A program made the position numbers and the translations under genes. Below are positions 31,453 through 41,550 of a stretch of 64,000 bases of DNA, piece by piece; position 1 is the stretch's first letter; each line of letters opens with the position of its first letter. Source of the stretch: an uncultured bacterium (lineage in GTDB: Bacteria > Chloroflexota > UBA5177 > JANWHV01); assembly GCA_963827235.1 (NCBI GenBank), contig CAWHAE010000010.1:160001-224000 (forward strand). Direction: 5' to 3'. A model generated the notes under the pieces. That model worked only from the letters and a program-made list of their open reading frames with translations, searched no databases and was not told where the DNA came from.

Positions 31453-32195
31453 GTACGCCGTGAGGAGGAGTTGCCGCCGCAGGTGCTCACAGATCGACGT
31501 GGCTGCCTAGAAGCCTCCAAACAGCAGGATCACGGACCTTCGCGACGCTCCTCTAGGATCGCCTCAGAGACCGCTGCGCTGCTCTTCTCCTTGCTGCTCT
31601 ACTGTTCTGTTCGGGTGACACCACCTAGTTTGATTGGTTCCGAGTGCGACTCCCACCAACAAGCCACACAGCGTGCCTGACACCGACGGACTGTTGGTCG
31701 GCTGGCTCGCCTCATTTTGATGGACCGGCTCGAAATCCCATTTGTCACGAGCCAGAGCAAATCGGCCTTCACCACCGCCTGCGCGGCCGTCTACACTTCA
31801 GCCGTGCGTATGGCCGGTCTGCTTACGAGTCCGTTGGCATTCAGAGCAGCCCATCGTTGTTCGTGGCCAGGAAACGCTGCACTGAGGCTTGGAGTTCATT
31901 GGAGCGGTGCTATCCTCATCACAGCGGAGCGCACAGTCATTGATACCCATTGGCAAGACCGCCTGAGCCTCCTGTGTTGCTGCTCGATCCTGTTCGTTTG
32001 GGGCCACACTATGACAAGACTTTATCCTGGGCTTCGCCAAGGCTCCGTTCGCTGTCTACGACCAGACTTTGCGTTTCTTAGGGCCTTGGGGGCTCATGTG
32101 GGTTGCGAACCCGTTCGCAACCAAACATTGTTTTCCTTCCACATTCAGGCCTCTACCGGCAAATCGCACGGGATTATCCGCGGGAGCATGTTGCC

Positions 32196-33359
32196 GTGAC
32201 GAATGCAACGTCCATCGATTTCGCCCGCCACAACGAGGAAGTCCGGCGGGTCTGGGAAAGCTACAACGCCGGCCGGCCTATCCGCGTCCCGTTTGGACGC
32301 CTCACGCTGGAGCCACGCATGTGGATTCAGGATCCCAGCCTGAATAGCGAGGGCATCACCTGGAAAGCCTGCTTTGACGATCCCGACGTGATGTTTACCA
32401 CGTACCTTACCTGGTCCCACTACGTCGTGCACAACATGCCGCACGACATCGAAATGGGTATCCCCAAGAAGCATTGGGAAGTAACCGTGTGGTTCAGCCG
32501 TGTGGGCGATTTCGCCTCCTTTGGCTGCCCTGTCCACTACCCGGACAACGAGCTGCCCCTGACCACGCCCTGCTATACGGGCAAGAACAAGGAAGCCATC
32601 TTCGAGCACGGCATTCCCGGACCGTTCGACGGCTTTTTCGGCAAGATCCGTGAGTTTCACGAGCACTTCGTTGACAAGGCGCGGAACTACGAGTTTTGCG
32701 GCCGACCCGTCACGGTCAATCCACCCAACCCCACCGACCCGGTCGGGCAATTGACCGTGGCTCTCGGCGTCTGCGGTCCTGAGCTACTGGCAGACATGCT
32801 TGTGAACGAAGACTACTACCATCGGGTGATGAATCTGATCACCGACGCGACGATCGAGCAGGTCAGAGCCTGGCGCGCTTACCTGGGACAGGATCCGATG
32901 CCCCGGTCGATCGCGTTCGCCGACGACGCCATCCAGCATGTATCACTTCGCACCTATCGGGAGAAAGTGCTTCCCTACCACCGCAAGGTCCTGGCCGCCC
33001 TGGCGCAGGGTGGGCCACATAGCATCCATCTTTGCGGCAACGTGCAGCGCCATCTCCCTACGCTAGTCAAGGAGTTGAACATCAAATCGTTCGATACCGG
33101 CTATCCCATCGACTTCGCCACGCTGCGCGACGAGGTGGGCGAGGATGTGGAGATCCAGGGCGGCGTACCCGTGGCCAACCTGCTGGCCGATACGCCCCAG
33201 CAAGTCTACGCGCGCGCCGCAGCCATCCTGCGCAGCGGCATCATGCGGGGCGGGAAGTTCATTCTCAAAGAGGCCAATAACATCACGCCAATGATGCCCC
33301 TGCAGAACCTGTCCGCGATGTACCAAGCGGCCAAGGAGGCCGGCGTCTACGAATATTGA
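32196..33359 (+). CDS. Uroporphyrinogen decarboxylase/methyltransferase family protein
   Basis: FADDAIQ, YREKVLPYH, IHLCGN, IQGGVP, GKFIL...N.TP; GGGAG RBS before GTG. Confidence 0.85.
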   Translation: MTNATSIDFARHNEEVRRVWESYNAGRPIRVPFGRLTLEPRMWIQDPSLNSEGITWKACFDDPDVMFTTYLTWSHYVVHNMPHDIEMGIPKKHWEVTVWFSRVGDFASFGCPVHYPDNELPLTTPCYTGKNKEAIFEHGIPGPFDGFFGKIREFHEHFVDKARNYEFCGRPVTVNPPNPTDPVGQLTVALGVCGPELLADMLVNEDYYHRVMNLITDATIEQVRAWRAYLGQDPMPRSIAFADDAIQHVSLRTYREKVLPYHRKVLAALAQGGPHSIHLCGNVQRHLPTLVKELNIKSFDTGYPIDFATLRDEVGEDVEIQGGVPVANLLADTPQQVYARAAAILRSGIMRGGKFILKEANNITPMMPLQNLSAMYQAAKEAGVYEY

Positions 33360-33433
33360 AGTGTGCAGCGGCCGGAAGAGCCTGGGCGAGCTTCGCCCGA
33401 GCTTCTCGAATGCCGCTTGCAAGGAAAACAAGT

Positions 33434-33508
33434 ATGGAACAGCGTACGCTGGGTCGAACTGGTCTGACTGTCAGCACGCTTGGTCTCGGCGCCTCCGAGA
33501 TCGGTTTC
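33434..33508 (+). pseudogene. N-terminal fragment of aldo/keto reductase
   Basis: MEQRTLGRTGLTVSTLGLGASEIG, then similarity is lost. Confidence 0.75.
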
Positions 33509-33706
33509 CATGTGCGCCGCACGCACCTGCCCACGATACCGTGTCGATGCCAACTGCGCCACAGGCATCGCGGGCGCCATCCTGCCCGCCACAAAATCCA
33601 AGGCAGTTGGGTCGGCACCTACATGCCATGCGTTCTCGCTCTGCGGGACGACCCCTACCTGCCGCCGTCACCGCTGTGCACTGAGCGAAGCTGAGATTGC
33701 AGATAC

Positions 33707-33813
33707 GCGCCCATTGCAGATGCCGTCTTCGTCAGCCGGCTAGCCGTCCGCAGAGTCCACGAGTCATTGCCCAGAACAGCTGCATGCTGCATGCCGATAC
33801 ACTGCCGCTCCCG
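33707..33813 (+). repeat. 107-bp direct repeat, copy 2
   Basis: Matches 9173-9279 with 4 substitutions, same orientation. Confidence 0.93.
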
Positions 33814-33878
33814 GCTTAGGTCCGTCTCGTACGCGGACGGCGGGGTGGTGCGTCCGGGGGCCGCGTCCACAGGAACGA

Positions 33879-34160
33879 TCATCCGGGCCGGCGCCTGCCT
33901 CCGATCGGATCGCCGATCGCTCGCGGGTCCACGTCCGGCAGCTTGGCGTCGCCGGGAAAGTGCAGCTCGCCCCAGACTGCTTCTCGGCGCGTGGAGCCGG
34001 GGTATGCCTCGCTACCCGACGGCACGATGGGATCATTCTCTGGAATCTTGGTCCCGGCGTTCACGTCTTCGACGAGCGGACCCCGTCCCTCGGGGTACGT
34101 GGCCTTGCGGTCCGTCACGCTTCCGTGCTGTTCCTGAATCCTGTTTGGTGAGTCCTGCAT
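33879..34160 (-). CDS. Small hydrophilic hypothetical protein
   Basis: GGAGG RBS before MQDSPNRIQEQ; 3' end may be frameshifted. Confidence 0.45.
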   Translation of the reverse strand: MQDSPNRIQEQHGSVTDRKATYPEGRGPLVEDVNAGTKIPENDPIVPSGSEAYPGSTRREAVWGELHFPGDAKLPDVDPRAIGDPIGGRRRPG

Positions 34161-34722
34161 GGCTGGCCTCCGCGTCGTGTGGTTATGGCAAGCTTCCATG
34201 ATCGCACAGACTGACGTAAGAGAGATGCGAGGTGCCGGCCTGCGGGCGGACGCCGCGCGGCTGGTCGGTCTCGTCCTTCGTCGGGTTCACATTCAGCCCA
34301 CAAATGCCGCCTATCCGCGGACTGGTGGAGCATTGAGACGACCGCGAGGTGCAGATAGCGCTGGATGCTTCTCGATGCGCACACTGTGGCCAGGCGGAAC
34401 CTTTCGCACCTGCTGAGCGTCCCCGAGCAGCTGCTGGGTTTCACCATAAGGGACCACGATGATCGTGCGGCTGCCCTGCCCTGCCGCAGGCGCCCGAGGT
34501 TAGATGCTTCCCACAGGAGCTGCGGGACGGCCCTGCGACTGTGGTCGCATGGCAGCACACGGGGCGACTGTGGTCGCGGGCAAGCGACAGCCAGGTTCAC
34601 GCCGCGACCACTTCTGGGAGGCATTTTGCGGTCGACTGCCGCATACAACGACCGGCGGGTCGATAGCTCGGCGGGTTCCACCCTGGTCTGAGAGAGGGAG
34701 AACGAGCACGCCCTCGGGCTGC

Positions 34723-34773
34723 TTGACGCTCGGTCGGAACGGCTGGTACTCTTGGCCGTGTTAACGCTAACAC
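34723..34773 (+). promoter_or_regulatory. Promoter plus LacI operator GTGTTAACGCTAACAC
   Basis: TTGACG-18bp-TACTCT followed by a near-perfect palindrome at 34758-34773, just before the kinase ATG. Confidence 0.7.
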
Positions 34774-34791
34774 CGACCGGGGTGAGCAGCT

Positions 34792-36031
34792 ATGCAGCAT
34801 GAGATCGACGCGCGAGAGATAGAGGCGGTTGTCGCCGGGCATATCTGTCTGGATATCATTCCGGCGCTGCCGCCCAGCGAGACGGCGTGGCAGTACCGTC
34901 CGGGGGTGCTGGTAGAAGTGGGGCCCGCGGCGGTGGCCACCGGTGGTTGCGTCTGCAACGCCGGCCAGGTTCTGCACCGGCTTGGCGTGCCCACCCTGCT
35001 GGTGGGAAAGCTCGGTGACGACGCGTTCGGCATCGTAGTGCGCGACGTACTGGCACGAGCGAGCGCTGAGCTCTCCCGAGGGTTGCTCATGGTGCCGGGA
35101 GAGCACACGTCGTACAGCGTCGTGATCTATCCTCCGGGGAACGATCGCATGTTCCTTCATTTCCCGGGCGCCAACGACACGTTCACCAGCGACGACATCC
35201 CGGACGAGGTCTTCGCGCAAGGCCGCATCTTCCATTTCGGCTATCCGCCGCTGATGGGCCGGATGTACGAAGGCACGGGCCTCGAGCTGGTCCGCATCAT
35301 GCAGAGGGCGAAGCGTGCCGGCCTGACCACCGGGCTCGACATGGCCTATCCAGACCCCGAGAAGGCGTCGGGCAAGGCTGATTGGCTGGCGATTCTCGCC
35401 ACCGCGCTGCCACTGGTCGACGTCTTCGTGCCGAGCCTGGAAGAGGTGTCGTACATGCTGGGAAGCTCCGCGGACCTCGCGGAGGCGCTGGGCTCGGCTG
35501 GGGAGCGTGCCGGGCACATTGCCGAGCACGTCTCTCGGCTCAGCCGGAAGCTGCTGGATATGGGCGCGGGGATGGTGGGAATCAAGGCCGGCGACCTGGG
35601 ATTCTACCTGCGCACGGGTACTGCCGAGCGTCTCCGGGCGGCCGGGCGGGCGGCGCCGCGCGACTGCGAGGCATGGGCGGACCGCGAGATCTGGTCCTCC
35701 GTCTTCAGGGCATCACTGGTCGGCACGGTAGGGGCGGGCGATGCGACCGTGGCCGGCTTCATCTTTGGGCTCTTGCGCGACATGTCGCCGGAGCAGGCAG
35801 TGACCGCCGCCTGCGCCGCCGGCGCCTCCAGCGTGGAGGCAGCCGACGCTACGAGCGGCGTTGTCGCCTGGGAAGCGCTGCGATCGCGGATCGATGCGGG
35901 CTGGGCGCGGGCCGCGCTCGACCTCGGATTCCGGCTGGCAGCCTTCCGCAATCGCCGGAGTGTGGCTCGGTCCGCACGACTCGAGCAGGACCGGGGACCG
36001 GGCACGGCAATGGAGCGAAGGCCAACCCTGA
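34792..36031 (+). CDS. PfkB family carbohydrate kinase (frameshift near 35930)
   Basis: VAGHICLD, GKLGDDAFG, GTVGAGD. A plausible native tail GWQPSAIAGVWLGPHD...stop 36031 lies in another frame. Confidence 0.85.
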
Positions 36032-37038
36032 GCGAGGCCTCGAGTCCGACTCTGCGCGACGTGGCCCGCGAGGCAGGCGTGTCGTCAATGACCGTCTCAC
36101 GCGTGGTCAACGGTGCGCCGAGGGTGGGCTCGACCACCGCTCAGCGGGTGCAGGCGGCAATCGCGAAGCTGGGCTATCGCCCGGACTACGCGGCTCGCGC
36201 TCTGAAGGGAGGGCCGTCTCGCACCATCGCCCTGATGATTGCCGACTTCTCCAATCCGTTCTATTCGGAGTGCGCGCAGGCGGTGGAGGAAGCGGCACGC
36301 GCGCGCGGTTACGCGCTGCTCCTGTGCGCGACGGACGAGAGGGCGGACGTCGAGCGCGAGCGGATGGAGCTGCTGGTGCCCCGTCGCATCGATGGACTCT
36401 TGCTCGTGCCGGCGTCGGCCGTGGCGCGCGGGCCGCGAGAGCCGCTCCGCGTTCCCTTCCCGGTGGTGGCTCTCGACCGGCCGCTGCCCGGGCTGGCCAC
36501 CGACGCCGTCCTGGCCCGGAATCGCGCCGGCGCGGAAGCGGCGACGCGCCACCTGATCGACCACGGGCACCGGCGCATCGCCTTCCTGGGGGCCGGGCGC
36601 CACCTCTACACCACGCGGACCCGCGCCGGCGGTTACCGGTCCGCGATGCATGCCGCGGGGCTGGATCCGCGCGTCGTCACAGGGGTGCCATCGCCGCCCG
36701 AGGCGAAGAGGGCCGCGCTCGCGTTACTGGCCGAGCCGGAACCGCCGACGGCCTTCTTCGCCATGAACAACCTGATCGTGGTCGGCGTGCTCGACGCCCT
36801 GGCCGAACGCGGCAGGAGCGTGCCGCGCGACGTCGCCCTGGTTGGATTCGACGATTTCGCGCTGGCCTCGTTGCTCCGTCCGCGGCTGACTCTCGTGCGA
36901 CACTCCGCGGCGAATCTGGGCCGCGATGCCGCCGCACTGCTGTTCGATCGGATAGATACTCCGGATCTGCCGCCGCGGCGGGTCATTCTCCCGGCAGAGC
37001 TGATCGTCCGGGAATCGTGTGGCTGCGCGCAGACCTGA
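36010..37038 (+). CDS. LacI family transcriptional regulator
   Basis: PTLRDVAREAGVSSMTVSRVVN, VGFDD, LIVRESC. Confidence 0.93.
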   Translation: MERRPTLSEASSPTLRDVAREAGVSSMTVSRVVNGAPRVGSTTAQRVQAAIAKLGYRPDYAARALKGGPSRTIALMIADFSNPFYSECAQAVEEAARARGYALLLCATDERADVERERMELLVPRRIDGLLLVPASAVARGPREPLRVPFPVVALDRPLPGLATDAVLARNRAGAEAATRHLIDHGHRRIAFLGAGRHLYTTRTRAGGYRSAMHAAGLDPRVVTGVPSPPEAKRAALALLAEPEPPTAFFAMNNLIVVGVLDALAERGRSVPRDVALVGFDDFALASLLRPRLTLVRHSAANLGRDAAALLFDRIDTPDLPPRRVILPAELIVRESCGCAQT

Positions 37039-37109
37039 CGTGATCGCGCACCGCAGCTCCGGACCTGGGCGAAGCAATCCCGGCGTTTGCGCGGTTCTCC
37101 GGCGAATCT

Positions 37110-38177
37110 CTATGTGCCGCAGCCGCACGATCGACGCGCGATCACGGTCATGGGGAGCAGGTGTTCCGTGCCCGAGACGCTCGGCAGATGGTCGAGCTGC
37201 CTGAGGATGAGCTCGGCAGCGGTGGCTCCCAGCGCATAATCCTGGCGGTGCAACGCGGTCAGCGCCGGCTCGACCAGCGGCGCCCACGGCGCATCGTCGA
37301 AGCAGGCTACCGCCATCCGGGCGGGCACGTCGATGGCACGATCGCGCAGGGCGAGCAGGGCGCCCACTGCCATGAGGCTGCTGGCGACGATCAGCGCCGT
37401 GGGCGGCTCGTCGAGCTCGAGCAGTCGCGAACACTGCGCGTAGCCGCTGGCCTCCGTCCAGTCACCCTCCGCGACCAGCTCCTGCTGAAACGGCAATCCG
37501 GCCATCTCGAGCGCCTTGTGGTAGCCGCTCAGACGGTCGGCGCCACTGGTCTCGCTCAAGATTCCGGCCACGTGCCCGATTCTCCGGTGGCCGTGCTCCA
37601 CGAGGTGGCTTGTGAGCGCAATGGCGCCACCGACGTTGTCCATCAGCACGGTATCGACGGCGTGCTCGCCAAGGCGATTATCGATCGCCACGAGGGCCGT
37701 CGATCGGCTCGCCATGGTCTGGATGAAGTCGTTGAGCTCACGGCCCACCGGGGCGAGGATCACGCCGGCCACGCGCTGACCCATCAGCACCTCGAGGGCT
37801 TCACGCTCGCGCTGGGGCTGCTCTTCGGTGTCGCAGACCAGGACCGTGTAGCCGGTGCGGCTGAGCACGTGCTGGGCGCCTCGCAATGCCGCCGCATAGA
37901 AGGGGCTGGAGATGTCGGGAACCACCATGCCGATGATCTGGCTGCGTTGCGCGCGAAAGCCGCGCGCCAGCGAGGAAGGCCGGAACTTGAGCTGCTCAGC
38001 GGCGCGCAGAACCTGTGCGCGAGTGTCGTCGCTGACGTAGCGACGCCCGTTGATGGCACGGGAGGCAGTGGCAATCGAGACCTTGGCGGCCTGAGCCACG
38101 TCGACGAGGGTTGCCGGCCGTCCCTGATCCACGGCTCGTCGCGATCGCTCGCGGCGCGGTCGCTTCCTTTTATCCAT
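37110..38177 (-). CDS. LacI family transcriptional regulator
   Basis: ATLVDVAQAAKVSIATASRAIN, ACFDD, RRSCGC. Confidence 0.93.
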   Translation of the reverse strand: MDKRKRPRRERSRRAVDQGRPATLVDVAQAAKVSIATASRAINGRRYVSDDTRAQVLRAAEQLKFRPSSLARGFRAQRSQIIGMVVPDISSPFYAAALRGAQHVLSRTGYTVLVCDTEEQPQREREALEVLMGQRVAGVILAPVGRELNDFIQTMASRSTALVAIDNRLGEHAVDTVLMDNVGGAIALTSHLVEHGHRRIGHVAGILSETSGADRLSGYHKALEMAGLPFQQELVAEGDWTEASGYAQCSRLLELDEPPTALIVASSLMAVGALLALRDRAIDVPARMAVACFDDAPWAPLVEPALTALHRQDYALGATAAELILRQLDHLPSVSGTEHLLPMTVIARRSCGCGT

Positions 38178-38207
38178 AGGGAAGAGTGTACCGCGAAGAG
38201 AGGCGCT

Positions 38208-39119
38208 TCAGCCTTTCAGGCTTCCGGTCAAGGTGAGACCGCGCAGTATGAGGCGCTGGGTGAGGAAGAACAACACGATCATTGGAATGGTGAACAGTGT
38301 TGAGGCGGCAAGCAGAATGGACCAGTTCTGCCCGTGCGCGGTACTGAACTGCTGCAGTCCCAGCGGCAGGGTATAGTTGTCCGGGTTGCTGATGAAGATG
38401 AGAGGCTGGAAGAAGTCGTTCCAGCTGTTCACGAGCTGGAACACGCCCACAACCGCCAGAGCGGGGGCGGCGATCGGGGCGATGACGAACAGGAACGTCT
38501 GCCACTCCGAGGCACCGTCGATGCGCGCTGCCTCTGATAGCTCCATCGGAATGCTGAGCATGAACTGGCGCAGAAGGAAGATGTAGAAGGCATTGCCGAA
38601 GAAGGACGGTACGATCAGCGGCAGCAGCGTGTTGATCCAGTGGATGTCGGTGAACACCACGTAGAGAGGGATCATCTGCACCGCGAACGGGAGCATGAGG
38701 GTCATCACCATCACGAAGAAGACGGCATCGCGACCGGGCCAGTGAATACGGGAGAAGCCATAGGCCACGATGGCACTCGAGATCACCGCGCCTACCGTGG
38801 AAATGCCCGAGTAGAGGAGCGAGTTCTTGAGATACGTCAGGAACGCCATCTCGGGATAGGTGAGCGCGGTGCTGAAATGGTCCCAGAGGAACTGGCGCGG
38901 AAAGAGCTGGAAGCCGCCGCTGAAAATCTGGTCATCCGGCATGATCGCCACGGTGACCATGACCCACAGGGGCAGGAGAAACAGTACCGACACGAACACA
39001 GTCGCGGCGTAGGTGAAGGCTTTGCCGGCCAGGCGTCGTCGAGCCCTGGTCTGGGCGAGGGGCGAAGGTCTGCCGATTCCCAGGTGCGTGCCGCGCCCGG
39101 TCAGCTCATGAAGCGCCAT
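38208..39119 (-). CDS. Carbohydrate ABC permease (MalG-like)
   Basis: ELSEAARIDGAS, WNDFFQPL, YTLPLGL. Confidence 0.93.
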   Translation of the reverse strand: MALHELTGRGTHLGIGRPSPLAQTRARRRLAGKAFTYAATVFVSVLFLLPLWVMVTVAIMPDDQIFSGGFQLFPRQFLWDHFSTALTYPEMAFLTYLKNSLLYSGISTVGAVISSAIVAYGFSRIHWPGRDAVFFVMVMTLMLPFAVQMIPLYVVFTDIHWINTLLPLIVPSFFGNAFYIFLLRQFMLSIPMELSEAARIDGASEWQTFLFVIAPIAAPALAVVGVFQLVNSWNDFFQPLIFISNPDNYTLPLGLQQFSTAHGQNWSILLAASTLFTIPMIVLFFLTQRLILRGLTLTGSLKG

Positions 39120-40029
39120 AGTAGACCCACCGGCGGGAAATAGCGATGAAGACGGCAGTGAGCGCCGCGATGAGCAGGAGCAGTAGCCACGCCATGGCCG
39201 CCGCGTAGCCGAAGTGGTTGAACGTGAACGCTTCCTGCACCAGGTAGACGTTGTAGAAGAGCGTCGAATTGGCGGGGTTGCCCTGGCCGCTGCCCAGGAT
39301 GTACGCCTGCGTGAAGTACTGAAGGCTGTTGATGATTGCGATCACCACGTTGTACAGGATCACGGGGCTGATCATCGGGATCGTGATCGACCAGAAGCGA
39401 CGCAGTACGCCTGCGCCGTCGATCTCCGCGCTCTCATAGAGGTCCTGGGGCACACTTTGCATGCCCGATAGATAAATGAGTGCCGCCTGGCCCAAGCCCC
39501 ACTGGGCCATCAGGATCAGGGCCGGCTTGGCCCAGGTCGTGCTAGCCATCCACGGCAGAGCGGGACCGCCCACCAGCTGCAGGAGGGCGTTGATCAGCCC
39601 CTGGTTGGGCTGCAGGAGCCATTGCCAGAGCAACGTCGAGGCGACGATCGGCACCATATACGGCACGTACACGATGGTGCGGAAGACACCCTGCAGGCGC
39701 GACGGCCTGTTCATCAAGGCGGCGACCAGCACAGCCAGCACCGTGCCCAGGGGAATGGCAATGAGAGCGTAGTAGAACGTGTTCTCCAGGGCGGTGGCCA
39801 TCAACGGGTCTGAAATGATCAGGCTGTAGTTGTGCCATCCCACCCACTGCGGAGGGTTCAGGCCATCATAGCGGGTGAAGCTGTAGTAGAGCGAAGCCGC
39901 GATCGGGTAGAGGGCGAAGGCCGCGAATCCCACCAGCCACGGGCTGATGAACAGCAGGCCGAGCCCGACGTTGTGCCACCGCGATCGATTGTGCAAGCGA
40001 TTTGCCATGGAGACGGAGGAGATCTGCAT
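39106..40029 (-). CDS. Carbohydrate ABC permease (MalF-like)
   Basis: FISPWLVGF, LYESAEIDGAG, ITIPMISP; start uncertain (40008/40029/40068). Confidence 0.92.
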   Translation of the reverse strand: MQISSVSMANRLHNRSRWHNVGLGLLFISPWLVGFAAFALYPIAASLYYSFTRYDGLNPPQWVGWHNYSLIISDPLMATALENTFYYALIAIPLGTVLAVLVAALMNRPSRLQGVFRTIVYVPYMVPIVASTLLWQWLLQPNQGLINALLQLVGGPALPWMASTTWAKPALILMAQWGLGQAALIYLSGMQSVPQDLYESAEIDGAGVLRRFWSITIPMISPVILYNVVIAIINSLQYFTQAYILGSGQGNPANSTLFYNVYLVQEAFTFNHFGYAAAMAWLLLLLIAALTAVFIAISRRWVYYGAS

Positions 40030-40054
40030 CGAATGGCAGCTTCCCGCTAAACCG

Positions 40055-40084
40055 GAGACGGGCGACACGAACGCCGCCCGTCTC
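40055..40084 (-). terminator. Intercistronic hairpin after SBP gene
   Basis: GAGACGGGCG ... CGCCCGTCTC 10-bp perfect stem. Confidence 0.55.
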
Positions 40085-40098
40085 TCTTCGCCAACCTG

Positions 40099-41424
40099 TT
40101 ACTGGCTAATGATCCGCATTGTCGACGACTGCGCTGTTGCGAGGGCATCGGCCGGACTTGCCTGGCCCTGTTGCACCGTCTGGAAGGCGGTGTTCAGCGT
40201 ACTCTCGATCGTGAGCAGGTAGGGGGAGCTGACCTGCGAGTAGAGATGGGCATGCTGTGCGATACCCAAAGCCACCTTGAATATTGGGTCAGCGTTGAGC
40301 TTCTGCATGGGTTGCGCCGCCACGATCGGCGAGATGTTGTGCACGTAGTCCGCCCCTGCCGCATTCCGGGCCGGATCCTGAGTCCAGGCGATGAACTTCA
40401 GCGCCTCGGCGGCGTTCTTCGAGCCCTTGGGGATGAACCAGGTGTTGCCGTCCAGCAGGCTCGCGGGATAGGGCCTTCCGGCAGGCGCGGGCATCGGCGC
40501 CACGCCATAGTTGAGCTTGGGCGCATACAGGCTGAGGAAACCCTCCTCCCATTCGCCGCCGATCATCATGGCGATGCCGCCTTTGACGAAGGGGTCGTTG
40601 GCTTGCGATGACTGGGTATTGAACGAGCCGAGAAACGAGTTGACCGGCCCGGCTCCGTACTTGCTGACGTAGCTGGCCTCCCAGGTAAGCAGCTTTAGCA
40701 TTCCGGGGTTGTTGAGGTCGGGATTGCCCTTGGCATCAAAGTAGGAGGCGCCGAAAAGGCCCGAGAGCACGTCCGGGCCACCTTGTTCCGCCCAGGGCAC
40801 GAAGCCGAGCTGCTCAACCTTGCCGTTCGTTATCACGGTCAGCTTGGCAGCCATGGCGTCGAGCTGCGCGGTGGTCTTCGGATAGACGTTTGGATCCAGG
40901 CCGGCCTTCTTGAAGAGATCCTTGTTCCAGAGAAGCTCGCGAACGTTCGTCATCTCGGGCAGGCCATAGACCGAGCCGTTGTACTTCATGGCCGAGAGCG
41001 CTGCCGGCGGATAGACGCCGGTCTTGATCCCGGCGGCCGTGAGCAGCATATCGAGCGGCTGCACGGCACCCAGCTTCGCCAGGCTTGGCAAGGCGTTCTG
41101 GCCCCAGTAGAGGGCCGCGTCCGGCGCATTGCCACCCTTGACCGCTGCCAGGAACTTACCGCCGGAGGTCACGGTGGGATCGATGCCGGACCCGGAGACG
41201 AGGACGGGGTTGATGGTCACGCCGGGATTGGCCTGGCTGTAGGCTTTCGCCCAGTTGACGATCTGACCGCCGTCGGGTCCGCCCCACGGATACCAGATGG
41301 TGACGGTGACTGATGAGGCTGCGTGGCTCCTGGGTGTGAACGCACCTGCACCGAAGCTGCCGGCAACCATGGCCAGGGCCAGGCTCGCGGCTCCAATGCG
41401 GCGAATTGCTGAACGCAAGGGCAT
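40099..41424 (-). CDS. Sugar ABC substrate-binding protein
   Basis: Signal peptide ending SHA, YGLP, LLWNKDLFKKAGLDP, GGEW; GGAGG RBS. Confidence 0.92.
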   Translation of the reverse strand: MPLRSAIRRIGAASLALAMVAGSFGAGAFTPRSHAASSVTVTIWYPWGGPDGGQIVNWAKAYSQANPGVTINPVLVSGSGIDPTVTSGGKFLAAVKGGNAPDAALYWGQNALPSLAKLGAVQPLDMLLTAAGIKTGVYPPAALSAMKYNGSVYGLPEMTNVRELLWNKDLFKKAGLDPNVYPKTTAQLDAMAAKLTVITNGKVEQLGFVPWAEQGGPDVLSGLFGASYFDAKGNPDLNNPGMLKLLTWEASYVSKYGAGPVNSFLGSFNTQSSQANDPFVKGGIAMMIGGEWEEGFLSLYAPKLNYGVAPMPAPAGRPYPASLLDGNTWFIPKGSKNAAEALKFIAWTQDPARNAAGADYVHNISPIVAAQPMQKLNADPIFKVALGIAQHAHLYSQVSSPYLLTIESTLNTAFQTVQQGQASPADALATAQSSTMRIISQ

Positions 41425-41550
41425 AATGAAGTCCTCCAAGACCCTACGGGTATCGCGCCACGCCGGCGCGATACACAACGGTAGCAACGACAGTGGTGGA
41501 ACACTGGGTAAGGGCCGCCTGCTGCGCATTACCGAGACCGCGTTGCGCCC

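Noticed and set aside
31453-32195. Lower-GC stretch with ORF 31717-32199
   Set aside because: No RBS, motif or coding-like composition; left as intergenic or decayed DNA.
34792-37038. Apparent novel PfkB-LacI fusion (748 aa)
   Set aside because: A plausible kinase C-terminus (GWQPSAIAGVWLGPHD, stop 36031) lies in another frame and the LacI has its own ATG at 36010; a single indel near 35930 explains the fusion.
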